A DNA stretch of 64,000 bases from Trueperaceae bacterium (GTDB lineage Bacteria > Deinococcota > Deinococci > Deinococcales > Trueperaceae), in the NCBI GenBank assembly GCA_965214405.1, contig OZ243956.1:864001-928000 (forward strand), written 5' to 3'. The notes beneath the pieces were generated by a model that saw nothing but the letters and a program-made list of their open reading frames with translations, was not told where the DNA came from and did not search any database. This document shows positions 61,866-64,000 of the stretch, one piece after another (the first letter of the stretch is position 1; each line of letters opens with the position of its first letter). Both the position numbers and the translations under genes were made by a program.

Positions 61866-62252
61866 CTAACCAGCCAGCGCCACCGCCTCGACTTCGATGA
61901 GCACGTCTCTGGGCAGCCTGGCCACCTCGACGGCGCTCCTGGCGGGCGGCGCGTCGGGGAAAAACTCCGCGTAAACCTCGTTCATTTGGGCGAAGTGGTT
62001 CATGTCCTTCAGAAAGCAGGTGCATTTGACCACCTGGCCCAGGCTCGAGCCCCCCGCCCCCAAGACCGCTCGCAGGTTGGTAAGCACCTGCCGCGTCTGC
62101 GCCGCGATATCGCCCGTTTCCAAAGAGCCGTCGGGTTTGAGGGGAATCTGACCCGAGGTAAAAAGCAGCTCGCCCACCCGCACCGCCTGCGAATAGGGGC
62201 CGATGGCGGCGGGAGCGTCGTCTGTCGATACAGCTTTGCGCGTAGACGTCAT
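61866..62252 (-). CDS. ridA: RidA-family reactive intermediate deaminase
   Basis: APAAIGPYSQA, SGQIP, PARSAVEVARLP, IEVEA; GGAGG SD before ATG 62252. Confidence 0.93.
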   Translation of the reverse strand: MTSTRKAVSTDDAPAAIGPYSQAVRVGELLFTSGQIPLKPDGSLETGDIAAQTRQVLTNLRAVLGAGGSSLGQVVKCTCFLKDMNHFAQMNEVYAEFFPDAPPARSAVEVARLPRDVLIEVEAVALAG

Positions 62253-62377
62253 GGTGCCTCCTTGAGTGAGCTTACAGCAGCTTTTGTGGATACTGATATC
62301 AACGCAAATAATATCCCTGAATTGCGTCAGAGACGGTAACGGGTAGGCTGACTCCTGCTCAAACCAGATGATACCTG

Positions 62378-63361
62378 CTAACGCAAACTGAAAAGAACAA
62401 ACATCAGCACCAGATAGAGGCAGCCCAAAATCCAAAAACGGTACGGGTACATCGGGTGGCGGCGGAGCTGAGAAAGCGTGTCGAGCGGCGGGAACGCGTC
62501 TTCGACTTTGCGGATACCGCTCAGGGTGGTGCCGAGTTCGACGGAGCGGGGTTGCGCGCCCTCCGGCAGCGCGTACTTTTTGGGGCGGGGCTCGAGCGTC
62601 TCGATAAACAGCACCACCGCCGTCACGTTGTCGGGGCTCCCCCGCTCGTCGGCGGCGGCTAAGAGCCGCGTCACCGCCTCGTCGGGCGGGTGTTCGCTCA
62701 CCACCTCGGCCAGCGCCTCGTCACTAAGAAGCATGGTGAGGCCGTCGCTGCAAAGGAGAATCTTGTCACCCGCCCTCACGTCAAAGTGCGACAGGTCGAG
62801 CTTGATGTCGGGGGCCGAGCCTAACGCGTTGGTAATCACGTTGCGCCACTCGTGCTGCCGCGCCTCCTCTTCGCTTAAAATCCCCTGCCGCACCCGGTCG
62901 GCCACCCAGGAGTGGTCTTGGGTAAGCTGGCGTATCGCGCCCCCCCGCACGAGGTACGCGCGCGAGTCGCCGACGTGACCGACCAAGCCCACCTGGTCGT
63001 CTATCAAGACCGCGGTGAGCGTCGTGCCCATCCCGTGGTGCTGCACGTTTTCCGCGGCGTAGTCATAAATACCGCCGTTGGCCGCCTGCACGGCTCGAGC
63101 CATCGCGGCGGGAGGATAGCTTCTGGAGCGCCCCAGCTCCTCTCTCACCACGCTCACCGCCTTTTGGCTCGCCACTTCGCCCGTCTGGTGGCCGCCCATG
63201 CCGTCGGCGACCACCGCCAGCACGCTCCCGCTGGCGAGTTCGCCCGCGAAGAACGCGTCCTGGTTGAGCGCCCGCACGCGCCCCGCCCGGCTCGAGCCCG
63301 CGCTCCGGACGCCCGTCCTGTCCGTCACCGCAGGTTTAGCCGCCGGGTGAGAATGTCCCAT
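62378..63361 (-). CDS. PP2C-family Ser/Thr phosphatase with C-terminal TM anchor
   Basis: NQDA, VADGMGGH, MGTT, HVGDSRAY, LCSDGL, DNVT. Confidence 0.93.
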   Translation of the reverse strand: MGHSHPAAKPAVTDRTGVRSAGSSRAGRVRALNQDAFFAGELASGSVLAVVADGMGGHQTGEVASQKAVSVVREELGRSRSYPPAAMARAVQAANGGIYDYAAENVQHHGMGTTLTAVLIDDQVGLVGHVGDSRAYLVRGGAIRQLTQDHSWVADRVRQGILSEEEARQHEWRNVITNALGSAPDIKLDLSHFDVRAGDKILLCSDGLTMLLSDEALAEVVSEHPPDEAVTRLLAAADERGSPDNVTAVVLFIETLEPRPKKYALPEGAQPRSVELGTTLSGIRKVEDAFPPLDTLSQLRRHPMYPYRFWILGCLYLVLMFVLFSLR

Positions 63362-63455
63362 AGAGCGCCATTATAGCCCCTACGCACCCCGGCGGGCGAA
63401 CGAAAATCTACAGAAAATGAAACGATGAGACACCTCTCGGTCAATGGCCTCTCGA

Positions 63456-64000
63456 TCAATAAGGCCAGCTTCGCGCCAGGGGGCGCTCGAGCCCCAGCAG
63501 CCGCTCCAACATAATCAAGCGGTGTTCAGCCAGCACCGCTTGGTGGTCGGGCTCGTTCGCCACGTTGCGGTATTCATGCGGGTCTTCCTGCACATCCCAA
63601 AGCCCTTCGCTGCCGTCTGCATGAACCAAGTAACGATAGCGGTCGGTACGAAGATTCTTCCACCCGTGATGCTCCATCAGCGCGGAGCCTTTGCCCTCAA
63701 AAAAACGGTTGTGCAGCGCGGGCAGTAGGCTCTGTCCTTGTAACCGAGGTGGAACCTGCAAGCCCGCCGCCGCCAGCAGCGTCGGCACGACGTCCACCGC
63801 CTCGACGATGCTGCGCACCGTTCGCCCCGGCGAAGCCACACCCCCCGGCCAGCGGATGATGAGGGGGACCCTCGAGACCGCGTCGTCCCCCGGATAGCCT
63901 TTGCCGTACTTTAGATGCTCGCCCAGCCACTCGCCGTGGTCGGAGGTAAAGACGACGATGGTGTTACCGGCCAAGCCCCGCGCCTCTAGCGCTTCTAAAA
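63456..64000 (-). CDS. Sulfatase-family protein, C-terminal part (5' end beyond window)
   Basis: NTIVVFTSDHGEWLGEH, RVPLIIRWP, DVVPT, DPHEYRNVA. Confidence 0.88.
   Translation of the reverse strand, partial: LEALEARGLAGNTIVVFTSDHGEWLGEHLKYGKGYPGDDAVSRVPLIIRWPGGVASPGRTVRSIVEAVDVVPTLLAAAGLQVPPRLQGQSLLPALHNRFFEGKGSALMEHHGWKNLRTDRYRYLVHADGSEGLWDVQEDPHEYRNVANEPDHQAVLAEHRLIMLERLLGLERPLARSWPY

Overview
GC-rich bacterial chromosome segment, inferred to be Deinococcota (Truepera-like). The inference rests on many leaderless TANNNT-N5-7-start genes, signal peptides ending in AQ, a split methylmalonyl-CoA mutase and strong CTCGAG over-representation. Most of the window is housekeeping or transport: lepA, two HU genes, uvrA, sdaAB/sdaAA, mutase subunits, pyrF, secA, cysS, dprA, gabT, rsmJ, Fe3+ and two sugar ABC systems, and minor pilins with a two-component system. 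The main hidden feature is an AT-rich integron gene-cassette array with no integrase in the window (CALIN-like, about 27735-29690). It has three attC sites delimiting rpiB, GNAT and antitoxin/PIN-toxin cassettes, and sits between the two mutase subunit genes. The end heptamers of two cassettes are mutually complementary, as expected of real cassettes. Other signals: an unannotated leaderless peptide ending Cys-Cys upstream of cysS, a HIP1-like (G)CTCGAG(C) palindrome absent from the foreign DNA, an ISKra4-type IS with 9-bp target duplication and +1 frameshift, a 135-bp MITE, a 24-bp perfect palindrome present twice, 14-bp tandem repeats before a sugar ABC operon, an AraC-B3/4-LysE module and an atypical SpeD-like pyruvoyl enzyme. 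All calls are by eye; no searches were run.
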